DNA of 64,000 nucleotides from an uncultured Parachlamydiaceae bacterium (GCA_963742415.1 CAVULX010000004.1:1272766-1336765); one strand, 5' to 3'; positions 9,528 through 19,101 are shown, counted from the first letter of the stretch. Translations and numbers: made by a program. The notes: generated by a model not told the origin, from the sequence alone.

Positions 9528-10742
9528 ATGTCCTTTCTCAGTGAACTTGGTAATAACTATAATAATTGGGGAAATTACATCCCTCCAGATTACATGAGGA
9601 GCCCGTCGGACAATACGTCAACAAGCCAAACAAGCACGGGGGAAGACTGTAAAGACATGGGCGCAATGGATGAGTTAAACACTCCTGGACTTGAAATATC
9701 TTCACCGCCTAATTTACATGCCTTACCATGGTTCAATCATGCATTCAGAGCCCTTATAGATAAGGTCGAAACTGCGAATATTATTGCTAGCCTTTCAACC
9801 TCCCCCGCCCCTGTCTACATTAACATGAACATAAGCATGAATTTTCCGAATATCTTTATAGATTCAAACGAAGGCGCAAACCAATCGCAATCCCCAGCTC
9901 TGGAGAAAAAGAGGAAAAGGGTGAGAAAGGAAACAGATAAAAGTCTTATATGTTTCGTATGTTTCAATAAAAAAACACAACAAATGTGGCGCAGTGGTCC
10001 TTATGGTAAGAAAACACTTTGCAATGGATGTGGTCTAAAGTATTCAAAAGAGAGATTTAGACTAATACAAAAATGGATAAAGCACATTCCACTACAATTT
10101 TATGCAAAACCTAAGGGGGTTAAAAGGTCACCTACTTCATTAAAGGACATAAAAAACTATTTTGATGAAAAGAAATTTCAAGAACTCGAGGCATTAACTG
10201 AGAAATATATATCAATTATGAGATCATCCGAAAATCCAAATGCACTAATAGTTGGAAGTGATCTCATCACAGCTTATATTCGACGCGCTAAAAAACTCTG
10301 TTCTGTTGAAGAGGCTGAGCAAACCTCATCTAGAATAGGAGAAGGCACGAGATGCGCTCGGCTAATAATAGGTGAATATACTGGAGCTACCCAGGACGGC
10401 AAAATAGAAGCGCTTCCTGAAGGACTCGCATCAGATGCTGCTGCAATCGAAGCTTATGTCAAATGCTTTACTTTGTATAGTAATAGGGATCGTTGCCCGA
10501 CAGAAGAAAAAATCGAGCACTACAAAAGGCAACTGAAATCAAAAACCCCCGAAACATCAAAAGAACCACAAACTAAAAGGCAAAAAATTGATGGGAGTGA
10601 CATTGTAAGTCCTATTGACGAGATATCCCTCATGCCTGAAGAGCAAATTGATCTTACTGACGAGCCTCAAGCAATTAGAAAGCGATTTCGCTTTTATTTT
10701 AAATTCAATGGCGACTCACTTCCGATAGTCCAGAACCCATAA
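9528..10742 (+). CDS. GATA-type zinc-finger protein, paralog 2
   Basis: CFVC-X19-CNGC (WRSGPYGKKTL), with KKRKRVRK and KRQK. Confidence 0.88.
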   Translation: MSFLSELGNNYNNWGNYIPPDYMRSPSDNTSTSQTSTGEDCKDMGAMDELNTPGLEISSPPNLHALPWFNHAFRALIDKVETANIIASLSTSPAPVYINMNISMNFPNIFIDSNEGANQSQSPALEKKRKRVRKETDKSLICFVCFNKKTQQMWRSGPYGKKTLCNGCGLKYSKERFRLIQKWIKHIPLQFYAKPKGVKRSPTSLKDIKNYFDEKKFQELEALTEKYISIMRSSENPNALIVGSDLITAYIRRAKKLCSVEEAEQTSSRIGEGTRCARLIIGEYTGATQDGKIEALPEGLASDAAAIEAYVKCFTLYSNRDRCPTEEKIEHYKRQLKSKTPETSKEPQTKRQKIDGSDIVSPIDEISLMPEEQIDLTDEPQAIRKRFRFYFKFNGDSLPIVQNP

Positions 10743-10977
10743 TTTCAACTTCTAGGCCGAAGGCTTTGGCCTTCGAGTCTTAAGGTTTGGACGTTTTGTG
10801 AAAAAAATATTTATATTATCGCATCTCTGTCGCCGCTATCGTGTGCATTTATTAAATAATCTAACATTACCATGTATTTTTAATTTTATAAATAAATTAT
10901 GTTTGATTATTTTTGGTGATAATCTATTATTTTATGAGTCTTTAAACAACTTTAGCTTTTAATCAAGAGGTAGATTT

Positions 10978-11868
10978 ATGTATTTTCCCGATGAATTTAG
11001 TTGGTATGTAAATAGTAATTTCTATAATCGGAAAATTTATCCCGATCTATATAACACGGGGGCCCCATCGGACAACACATCAACAAACCAAGCAAACACG
11101 GCGGAAGCCTGTATAAACTTGGACGCAAGGGATGAGATAGACGCTCTCACAGATGAAATATTTACACAAATTATTCCACAAACGGATGATTCACCTTCTA
11201 TCAATCAATTGAAAGCCCTTGCAAGCAATATCCAAAGTGCAGTTATTATTCCTAACCCTCTTCGAACCACCCCTTCTGCCTACATTAACTTGCAACCTTT
11301 TTCGAGTGTCTTTATAAATTCGAACGATGGCGCCAACCAATCGCAGCCTGAAAATTCGGATCGTGATTCAGTCCAGTGTGATTTAACCCAGAAAGAAGTT
11401 TCGCAAACAGAGACTAATTCTAACGATGCCCCACCCATTAAAAAGAAGAAAAGGGGGAGAAAGGAATTAGATAAAAGTGCTTTTCAATGTTTCATGTGCT
11501 TGGACCGAGAGTCGCCTGAGTGGCGCAAAGGTCCTTGGGGCCGAAATACTTTTTGTAATAAGTGCGGTCTACAATATAGTAAGTATGTAAAACTGTTAAA
11601 CAAAAAGATAATTTTGTGTATTCCTTTCGAATTTTATAAAAAACCTTCTTGGGCTACATCTATAGAAGGAAGAATGTTAAACCGCGAGCCTGAATACTAC
11701 GGTCTAGCAATAAAACATCTTCCTGAAAATGAGAAGAAATCTTTTATAGATCTGACTAGCAGCAAACTTGATTTGCATTATATTTTAAATCATCCTGAGG
11801 GAACCGCTGTCACGGAAAGTAATCAAAGGGTGGAGTTTAGACCACGAAGAAAAAAAAAGAAGATATGA
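10978..11868 (+). CDS. GATA-type zinc-finger protein, paralog 3 (shortened)
   Basis: CFMC-X18-CNKC (SPEWRKGPWGRNTF), KKKKRGRK, LDLHYILN, RRKKKK. Confidence 0.88.
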   Translation: MYFPDEFSWYVNSNFYNRKIYPDLYNTGAPSDNTSTNQANTAEACINLDARDEIDALTDEIFTQIIPQTDDSPSINQLKALASNIQSAVIIPNPLRTTPSAYINLQPFSSVFINSNDGANQSQPENSDRDSVQCDLTQKEVSQTETNSNDAPPIKKKKRGRKELDKSAFQCFMCLDRESPEWRKGPWGRNTFCNKCGLQYSKYVKLLNKKIILCIPFEFYKKPSWATSIEGRMLNREPEYYGLAIKHLPENEKKSFIDLTSSKLDLHYILNHPEGTAVTESNQRVEFRPRRKKKKI

Positions 11869-12045
11869 TTCGGAAATATGACAAAGCTACTGAGGCCTAA
11901 TAAATTCCCTTGGGGAATAACTCCAGAGAGAATGTATCTGCCCCTCTTTTAGTTAAGAAGCGCTTTTGACGGCTCGAATACCGTGTATGTTTATGAAATA
12001 ATTAAACATTACCATGTAATTTTTGATTTTATAAAGATATTTTGT

Positions 12046-12074
12046 TTGATTGTTTTTTTGTAATAGACTATTAT
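12046..12074 (+). promoter_or_regulatory. Sigma70/sigma66-like promoter TTGATT-N17-TATTAT, conserved upstream of GATA paralogs 3-6
   Basis: Same hexamers with 17-nt spacing before paralogs 4, 5 and 6, and 16-nt spacing before paralog 3, followed by an AGAGGT ribosome-binding site. Confidence 0.6.
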
Positions 12075-12123
12075 TTTTTGAGCATTTAAACAAAATTAAC
12101 TTTTAATTTAGAGAGGTAAGTTT

Positions 12124-13320
12124 ATGGATCCCTATAATAAGTTTATGGAACCCTATAATAGGTATGCTTCGGGAGAATATTGGAATCCCCCAACCCAATC
12201 AAACATTCAAAACAACTCACGCTCGGGTACTTTTAGTCGATTGACCAATATCGTTCTGCCGTCATTGAGAAGTTTGCCCTTTCCAGAAAGATTGGAACAT
12301 CCTGCAAGCAGAACCAACCAAGCAGCTATAAGAGCCAACAATGAGGCTGGATCTGCTCAACATTCGCAAAACCGCACCGAACCAAATGTAACCATTAATG
12401 TCGACTATCACCCCCAAGTAGTTATCCAAACCAGTCCACAAGAACAATATTCTCTCATCAGACCTCGATCCAAAAGGGGAAGAAAGGCACTGGATTCAAG
12501 TCAGTTTGTATGTTTAGTATGTTTCGAGCGCGAAACAGGACAGTGGCGCTCAGGACCTTGGGGTGGTAACACACTTTGCAACGGATGTGGTATAAGCTAT
12601 TCAAAAAGTATAGATAAACTAGAAAAGAAACATATAAAGCACATTCCACTACAATTTTATGCAAAACCTGAGGGGGTTCAAAATATAAAAAACAGAACAT
12701 TAGAAAACTCACCTTATTTCTTAACAGACATAAAAAACTATTTTGATGAAAAGAAATTTAAAGAACTCAAGTCATTAGCTGAGAGATATAAATCAATTAA
12801 GAGATCATCCTGGTACCCACAAACATCTAAAGTTGAAATAAATGCTAACCACATCAACGCTTATATTCAACGTGCTGTAAATCTCTGTTCTCTTGAAGAA
12901 GCGGCTAATCCATCTGACGAAGGAGGCACGAAATGCCTTCCAGTGAGAATAGGTAAATATAACGGAACTACCCACGATGACAATATAGAAGAGCTTTCTA
13001 AAAACCTAGCAAAAGACGCTGCTGCAATCGAAGCTTATGTCCATCACTTTACTTGGGATAGAGGTCTTTGCTCGACACAAGAAAAATACGATCACAACAT
13101 AAGACAACTGGCTTTGCTAGAAACATCTGAAGAACCACAAACAAAAAGGCGAAAATTCGATATGAATGACCGTTTAAATCCTGTTCCTGTTGAGGATGAC
13201 TCCCTAATGCTTGAAGATCGAATTGCTCCCACTGAAGAGCCTAAAGGAGCACAAACACAACCAAGAAGAGACGAGCGTCTTGATATAGCTTTTATTTTAA
13301 ATTCTCCAATGGACGACTAA
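12124..13320 (+). CDS. GATA-type zinc-finger protein, paralog 4
   Basis: CLVC-X18-CNGC (QWRSGPWGGNTL), KRRK, LDIAFILNS. Confidence 0.9.
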   Translation: MDPYNKFMEPYNRYASGEYWNPPTQSNIQNNSRSGTFSRLTNIVLPSLRSLPFPERLEHPASRTNQAAIRANNEAGSAQHSQNRTEPNVTINVDYHPQVVIQTSPQEQYSLIRPRSKRGRKALDSSQFVCLVCFERETGQWRSGPWGGNTLCNGCGISYSKSIDKLEKKHIKHIPLQFYAKPEGVQNIKNRTLENSPYFLTDIKNYFDEKKFKELKSLAERYKSIKRSSWYPQTSKVEINANHINAYIQRAVNLCSLEEAANPSDEGGTKCLPVRIGKYNGTTHDDNIEELSKNLAKDAAAIEAYVHHFTWDRGLCSTQEKYDHNIRQLALLETSEEPQTKRRKFDMNDRLNPVPVEDDSLMLEDRIAPTEEPKGAQTQPRRDERLDIAFILNSPMDD

Positions 13321-13361
13321 CTTACCTTTCCAGCCCTCCAGAACCCATAATTTCAATTTAT

Positions 13362-13387
13362 AGGCCGAAGGCTTTGGCCTTCGGCCT
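13362..13387 (+). terminator. Hairpin downstream of GATA paralogs (probable terminator)
   Basis: AGGCCGAAGGC-TTTG-GCCTTCGGCCT. Copies at ~10754 and ~14807. Confidence 0.6.
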
Positions 13388-13535
13388 TAGAGTTTTACCC
13401 ATAGGCATCAATAATTAAACATTACCATGTATTTTTAATTTTATAACGATTTTTTGTTTGATTATTTTTTTGTGATAGACTATTATTTTTTGAACATTTA
13501 AACAACATTAACTTTTAATTAATAGAGGTAAATTT

Positions 13536-14765
13536 ATGGACCCCCATTTCCAGGCTTGGTCAAATTTGTATCCTTTAGGAGAAAATTGGAATCCTCCAAC
13601 CCAACCAACCATAGTTTCAAACAACCCCCACTCGGGTACACCTAGTCTATTGACCAATATCCGTCTGCCGCAATTGATAGCTTTGTCCTGTATAGAAAGT
13701 CCGGAAAATCCTGCAAGGAGAACCAACGAAGCGGCTATAAGAGCTAACAATCTAACCATTAATGTCAACTATCACCCCAGTATCGACTATCACCCCCAAG
13801 TAGTTGTCCAAACCAGTCCAGTGGAAAGAGGTGGCCAAAATCAAAAATTACCAAGACAATATTCTTTCATCCCACCCGAACCAAGGGTTAAAAAGAAAAG
13901 GTCGGCAACAAAATTAGATACAAGTCAGTTAGATACAAGTCAGTTTGTATGTTTCGTATGTTTCGAGCAAGGAGCAGAAAAAAAGTGGCGCAGTGGTCCT
14001 CAAGGTGATAACACACTCTGCAACGGATGTGGTGTAGAATATGGAAAAAATATATTCAGACTGCGAAACGAAGATATAAAGCACATTCCTCTACAATTTT
14101 ATGCGAAACCTGAAGGGGTTCAATCTATAGAAGGCCTAAATGAATCACCTGAATTTTTACGGAGCATAAAAAAATATTTTGATGAAACGAAATTTAAAGA
14201 ACTCGCGTCATTAGCTGAGAAATATAAATCAATTAAAAGATCAAGCGGTGGCCCACAAAAAACAGAAAAAGTTGAAATAAATGCTAATCACATTAAAGCT
14301 TATATTCAACGCGCGAGAACGCTCTGTTCTCTTAAAGATGAAGCTAATGAAACCTCATCTGGAAGGAGAGGCACGAAATGCCATGCGGTAAAAATAGGTA
14401 AATATGAAGGAACTACCATTGAAGACAAAAAAGAAAAGCTTCCTAAAAAACTAGCTTCTGATATTGCTGCAATCGAAGCTTATGTCAATTGCTTTACTTG
14501 GGAAAGAGATTTTTATACGATAGAAGAACAACATAATTACAACAAAAAACAACTGGACTTGCTAGGAGATGAACCATCAAAAAAACCGCCAGCAAAAAGG
14601 CAAAAAATTGATCTGAATGACATTTTAAATCCTACTGAAGAGGGATCCTCAATGATTCAAGATCAAATTGCACCTACTGGCGAGACTATAGTAACACAAA
14701 CACAACCAAGAAGAGACAAGCGTCTTGAAATAGCTTTTATTTTAAATTCTCCAAACGACGACTAA
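13536..14765 (+). CDS. GATA-type zinc-finger protein, paralog 5
   Basis: CFVC-X19-CNGC (WRSGPQGDNTL), KRQKIDLNDILN, LEIAFILNS. Confidence 0.9.
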   Translation: MDPHFQAWSNLYPLGENWNPPTQPTIVSNNPHSGTPSLLTNIRLPQLIALSCIESPENPARRTNEAAIRANNLTINVNYHPSIDYHPQVVVQTSPVERGGQNQKLPRQYSFIPPEPRVKKKRSATKLDTSQLDTSQFVCFVCFEQGAEKKWRSGPQGDNTLCNGCGVEYGKNIFRLRNEDIKHIPLQFYAKPEGVQSIEGLNESPEFLRSIKKYFDETKFKELASLAEKYKSIKRSSGGPQKTEKVEINANHIKAYIQRARTLCSLKDEANETSSGRRGTKCHAVKIGKYEGTTIEDKKEKLPKKLASDIAAIEAYVNCFTWERDFYTIEEQHNYNKKQLDLLGDEPSKKPPAKRQKIDLNDILNPTEEGSSMIQDQIAPTGETIVTQTQPRRDKRLEIAFILNSPNDD

Positions 14766-14963
14766 CTTACCTTTCCAGTCCTCCAGAACCCATAATTTCA
14801 ATTTATAGGCCGAAGGCTTTGGCCTTCGGCCTTAAGGTTTGGCATTTTAAATAAATTCCCGAAGGGAATCTTGAGATTGGACATTTTGTAAAAAAATATT
14901 TACATTATCACATCTCTATCGCCGCTACCGCATAGGCATCAAGCTAAAGTAAACTATTTCTTA

Positions 14964-15028
14964 CCAGGCTGAAAGCCTGTCATATAATAGCCTGGGGCAG
15001 CGCCCCAGGTAATATCATGCATAATCAT
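14964..15028. repeat. REP-like unit (CAGGCTGAAAGCCTG and CCTGGGGCAGCGCCCCAGG hairpins)
   Basis: Near-identical to units at 16591-16730 and related to 32191-32300 beside the Y1 transposase. Confidence 0.75.
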
Positions 15029-15090
15029 TTGCTTTTTCACTGATCGGTTCCATTTTATTTTGACTGACCACTTTCCTTTTTCCTTTTTTC
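15029..15090 (-). pseudogene. Duplicated fragment of the 3' part of the FGE-domain gene
   Basis: TTGCTTTTTCACTGATCGGTTCCATTTTATTTTGAC... matches 16773-~16833. Confidence 0.85.
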
Positions 15091-15266
15091 CGTTAGATAT
15101 CCATATTTCAACCGGAGTGTTCGCTACCATCTATGTTTATTAAATAATTAAACATTACCAATTGTTTTTAATTTATAAAAATATTTTATTTGATTATTTT
15201 TTTGTAATAGATTATTATTTTTTAAGCATTAAACAAAATTAACTTTTAATTAAGAGAGGTAAATTT

Positions 15267-16451
15267 ATGGAACCCTATAATAGGTATGCTCCGGGAGAAT
15301 ATCGGCATCCCCCAACCCAACCAAACATAGTTCAAAGCAACCCACACTCGGGTAATTCTCCATTGATAGATTTGACGATGGAAAGTTTGGGAAATATTGC
15401 AAGTAGAACCAACCAAGCAGTTATATCACAAAACGACACCAGACCAAATGTTACCATTAATGTCAACTATCGTCCCCAAGTAGTTATCCAAACCAGTCCA
15501 ATAGAAAGAGATAGCATTCCTCAAAGAAAATTTACTTTCTACGAATTCCAATCAACTCCAAGGGAAAGGAGAACAAAGCCAGTAGATACAAGTCAGCTTG
15601 TATGTTTCGTATGTTTTGAGCAAAAAACAGGGGATCTGTGGCGCAGTGGTCCTCACGGCAATTACACACTTTGCAATGGATGTGGTGTAAAGTATGGAAG
15701 AAATATATATAGCCTGAAAAAAGGATTTATAAAGCACATTCCACTACAATTTTATGCAAAACCTGAGGGAGTTCAATCTATAGAAGGCAGAGAATTAAAC
15801 GACTCACCCGACTTTTTACAGAACATAAAAAAATATTTTGATGAAAATAAATTTAAAGAGCTCGCGTCATTAGCTGAGAGATATAAATCAATTAATAGAT
15901 CAACCGGTGGCCCAAAAACAGCAGTAGTTGAAATAAAAGCTAATCACATTAAAGCTTATATTCAACGTGCTAAAAACCTCTGTTCTCTTAAAGATGAAGC
16001 TGATCAAAACCCATCTGGAAGGGGAGGCACGAAATGCCGTGCGGTGAAAATAGGTAATTATGACGGAACTACCTTTGATGGCAAAACAGAAGAGCTTTCT
16101 AAAGAACTAGCAATAGACGCTGCTGCAATCGAAGCTTATGTCCATCAGTTTACTTGGGATAGAAGTCTATGTTCGACACAAGAAAAATATGATCACAACA
16201 TAAGACAACTGGCCTTGCTAGAAACATCTGAAATAGATGAAACATCAAAAGAGCCACAAGCAAAAAGGCGAAAATTTGATATCAATGACATTTTAAATCC
16301 TGTTGAGGATGACTCCTTAATGCTTGAAGATCGAATTGCTCCTACTGGCAAGCCTGAAGGGACACAAACACAACCAAGAAGAGATTTTCGTTTAGAATTA
16401 GCTTATATTGTAAACCCTTCAAATAACGACTCATTTAATTTCAATTTGTAG
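15267..16451 (+). CDS. GATA-type zinc-finger protein, paralog 6
   Basis: CFVC-X19-CNGC (LWRSGPHGNYTL), KRRKFDINDILN, LELAYIVN. Confidence 0.9.
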   Translation: MEPYNRYAPGEYRHPPTQPNIVQSNPHSGNSPLIDLTMESLGNIASRTNQAVISQNDTRPNVTINVNYRPQVVIQTSPIERDSIPQRKFTFYEFQSTPRERRTKPVDTSQLVCFVCFEQKTGDLWRSGPHGNYTLCNGCGVKYGRNIYSLKKGFIKHIPLQFYAKPEGVQSIEGRELNDSPDFLQNIKKYFDENKFKELASLAERYKSINRSTGGPKTAVVEIKANHIKAYIQRAKNLCSLKDEADQNPSGRGGTKCRAVKIGNYDGTTFDGKTEELSKELAIDAAAIEAYVHQFTWDRSLCSTQEKYDHNIRQLALLETSEIDETSKEPQAKRRKFDINDILNPVEDDSLMLEDRIAPTGKPEGTQTQPRRDFRLELAYIVNPSNNDSFNFNL

Positions 16452-16590
16452 GACGAAGGCCACTGGAGTTTGGCATTTTAAATAAATTCCCGAAGGAAAT
16501 CTCGAGATTGGACATTTTGTGAAAAATTATTTCCATTATCACATCTGTCCGCTGCCGCATAGGCATGAAGCTAAAGTAAACCATTTCTTA

Positions 16591-16730
16591 CCAGGCTGAA
16601 AGCCTGGTTTACAATAGCCTGGGGCAGCGCCCCAGGTAATATCATGCATAATCATTAGCAGGCTGAAAGCCTGCCATATAATAGCCTGGGGCAGCGCCCC
16701 AGGTATTGTCATAAAAATCATTCACAGGCT
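16591..16730. repeat. Tandem REP-like array (about 2 units)
   Basis: Repeated CAGGCTGAAAGCCTG...ATAGCCTGGGGCAGCGCCCCAGGTA. Confidence 0.8.
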
Positions 16731-19023
16731 AGGAAGCATCTTTTACGGTTCGGAAACCCAGGTTGTATTCAATTGCTTTTTCACTGATCGGTTCCATTTT
16801 ATTTTGACCGACCACTTCTTTTTTTCCTTTTTCCGGTTCTGTCGCTGTCCATTCTTTCAAATGTCCATCTGCTGTGATGGCAGAACTATTGTTTGCTCGC
16901 ATCCATTCGAAAACCGTTGGCAATCGTTTTTTTGTCCAGAGGGCATAAGCTTTGGCATCTTCATAGGAGATATTCACCACCGGCCGCTTTTCTTGCCCGA
17001 CTGGAAATTTCCCTCCGCGCCAATGGAAGGGAGTCTGGTGGCCTGTGGCCGCGACAAAATCTTCATATTCACTATTTGATACAGGATAGCGATCAATATA
17101 AAATGCATTTCCTTTAATAAACAGCATCGGCTTATTCACTGTTGGCACAAACGTCGCTTTTTGGGGAGAATCCCCTTGGGCTTCCGAAAGCATGATTAAA
17201 TCCTCCTCAGGCACATAAGCCATCTGCTCCACACCTTCGATCCATGAAGATTTATTCCCCATATCTTCAATGAGAGGATCGCTCTCTTCTATCAAAGCTT
17301 GAAATGCAGACAACTCTTCAGGGGTCAATTCTTCCCGATTTTCTTTCTCTGCATTGCCCCATAACCAATCATTGGACTCTGATTTTTTATCGGCCTCTAA
17401 TAAATCAGAATCAGCTTTGGGTTGATCTCCCTTTTCCACTTCAGGCTGCTCTTCCCCTTCAGGTTGCCTTGCCTCTTCAGGTTGCTTCTCATCTTTGGTT
17501 TCAGGGTTTTGACTGGCGGTTTCCATTTGTGAAGAGGACACCGCTATCTCATTCTCTTTATTTTCTGCAGCCGTTTCCTCATCCAGATCTAAACCTGTAT
17601 AAAGATCCTTGTCATTCAAAATCTCCTCAAGAGTCCAAGTGGGTTCATTGGAAAAAAGCGACAAAAGATCTTGCTCATCTTTATCAAGGGTTTCAACTTT
17701 CTCCTTTTCACTCCCTTCTAAATTTGCTTCAGAATTATCCGCAAAAATTTCATTCGTTCTATCTTCTTTTTCTATCTCCCCACCTTCAGTTGAGGAAGGA
17801 AACTTTTTATTAAAATCCTCATCATCTTCAAGGGCTGCGATATCAAACTCTTCGGGGTCGACATCGACCTTTTGAATATCTTCAAACATTAGCCATTCAA
17901 GGATTTCCTGGTAATTCGCTTCATCGAGAGCGATAGCTTGTTCTTTAGAGATATCCTCTTCCTCTTCTTCTGAATCATCAAAAGAAATATCGATAACCCA
18001 TAGAGGCTCTTCTAAGGCACTAAACAACGGACCCGGCTCGGTAAGCTTTTCCATTCCGAGAAGCTCAAAATCCCGAAGAGCAGAGGGGGATAGCGACATA
18101 GCTCCATGGGCTTCAAGCAACAACTTGCCATGAGCTCCAATCTCGTCCGCCGCCGTCGACTGCAATCCATTCATGAGAGCCTCGTCAAGTTCATCAGGAA
18201 AGGAGTGAGACCGATCAGCATGAAAACTTTGATCTTCTTTGCTGCCAAAACCTTGGCCAGGAGCCTGAATAGTTTCAATCTGATCCCATTTTAGCCGCAA
18301 GCTTTGCTTGTGATTGGGAAGTCGGAGGGATAAGGAAGACCCTTTTATAAAATGGAAACCTAAATCGACAATCTTTTTTCCTTCCAACACAGACCCATGC
18401 AGCCCCCCATTAAAGCATAGCTTAATGATATTCTCAGGATTCAGGGACTTCTCTTCCCAGCCATCTGTCACGATGATCGGATCCGTGATAAAAGCTGAAA
18501 AATGATCTCCATTTGTCAATTCAAGAAAAAATAGAGGTTTATGTGTCGCTTCCATTTTCAAGGAGCGCTCTTTGAGGACAATGAAGTTGACGATCGAAGG
18601 ATCGATCTCTTTTTTCATCCGATGTGCAGAATCTTGTTTTGTAGACTCTGTCACCCAAATTTGAAATTTGCCTTTTCCCAAGTCCCCAATAAAATTTTGC
18701 CCATCGCTGGTAATGTACTGTATCTTGAGAGGATTTCCCCCATCTTTTATCAGGCTGATTGCCGCAATGTTTTCAACTTTAAATTCGAGGTCTCCAAAAG
18801 AATAATGAATGGAGGGGAGCTTATCCAGGCTTCCATATAACCGGGTGCCATCTGTCAATATGATAAAGTCTTCGATGCAATGCCGATTGCTACATATACC
18901 TTTCCATTCCGAAAAGGTGAAAGGAGATCTCCCCCGTTGCTGCGTTAAATTTGAATCATCGGCAAACGCTATTCCATTAGAAAGTAGGCTAAGAAAAAAA
19001 ACAACCTTCCGCATGATGTGCAT
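16729..19023 (-). CDS. Exported protein with an acidic linker and C-terminal FGE-sulfatase/SUMF1-like domain
   Basis: Signal peptide; C-terminal FYIDRYPVSNSEY, RPVVNISYEDAKAYA..KRLPT..EW and LGFR. Confidence 0.8.
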   Translation of the reverse strand: MHIMRKVVFFLSLLSNGIAFADDSNLTQQRGRSPFTFSEWKGICSNRHCIEDFIILTDGTRLYGSLDKLPSIHYSFGDLEFKVENIAAISLIKDGGNPLKIQYITSDGQNFIGDLGKGKFQIWVTESTKQDSAHRMKKEIDPSIVNFIVLKERSLKMEATHKPLFFLELTNGDHFSAFITDPIIVTDGWEEKSLNPENIIKLCFNGGLHGSVLEGKKIVDLGFHFIKGSSLSLRLPNHKQSLRLKWDQIETIQAPGQGFGSKEDQSFHADRSHSFPDELDEALMNGLQSTAADEIGAHGKLLLEAHGAMSLSPSALRDFELLGMEKLTEPGPLFSALEEPLWVIDISFDDSEEEEEDISKEQAIALDEANYQEILEWLMFEDIQKVDVDPEEFDIAALEDDEDFNKKFPSSTEGGEIEKEDRTNEIFADNSEANLEGSEKEKVETLDKDEQDLLSLFSNEPTWTLEEILNDKDLYTGLDLDEETAAENKENEIAVSSSQMETASQNPETKDEKQPEEARQPEGEEQPEVEKGDQPKADSDLLEADKKSESNDWLWGNAEKENREELTPEELSAFQALIEESDPLIEDMGNKSSWIEGVEQMAYVPEEDLIMLSEAQGDSPQKATFVPTVNKPMLFIKGNAFYIDRYPVSNSEYEDFVAATGHQTPFHWRGGKFPVGQEKRPVVNISYEDAKAYALWTKKRLPTVFEWMRANNSSAITADGHLKEWTATEPEKGKKEVVGQNKMEPISEKAIEYNLGFRTVKDAS

Positions 19024-19101
19024 TCCTTAATTGCGAGATTAATATATAGCGGATATCATTCAATTGTCTGATTTATATTAATAACAAAGAATAAAAGTAA
19101 A

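Noticed and set aside
8202..16451. Eukaryotic contamination as the source of the GATA genes
   Set aside because: The genes are intronless with bacterial RBS, promoter and terminator signals, share REP units with the rest of the window, and one spacer contains a piece of the neighbouring bacterial gene. Read-level confirmation is still advisable.
16591..16730. Short repeats resembling a CRISPR array
   Set aside because: Only about two hairpin-rich units, no unique spacers and no cas genes; they match REP-like units near the Y1 transposase.
17441..17490. Imperfect 18-bp repeats (QPE) in the FGE-domain gene
   Set aside because: Ordinary low-complexity linker.
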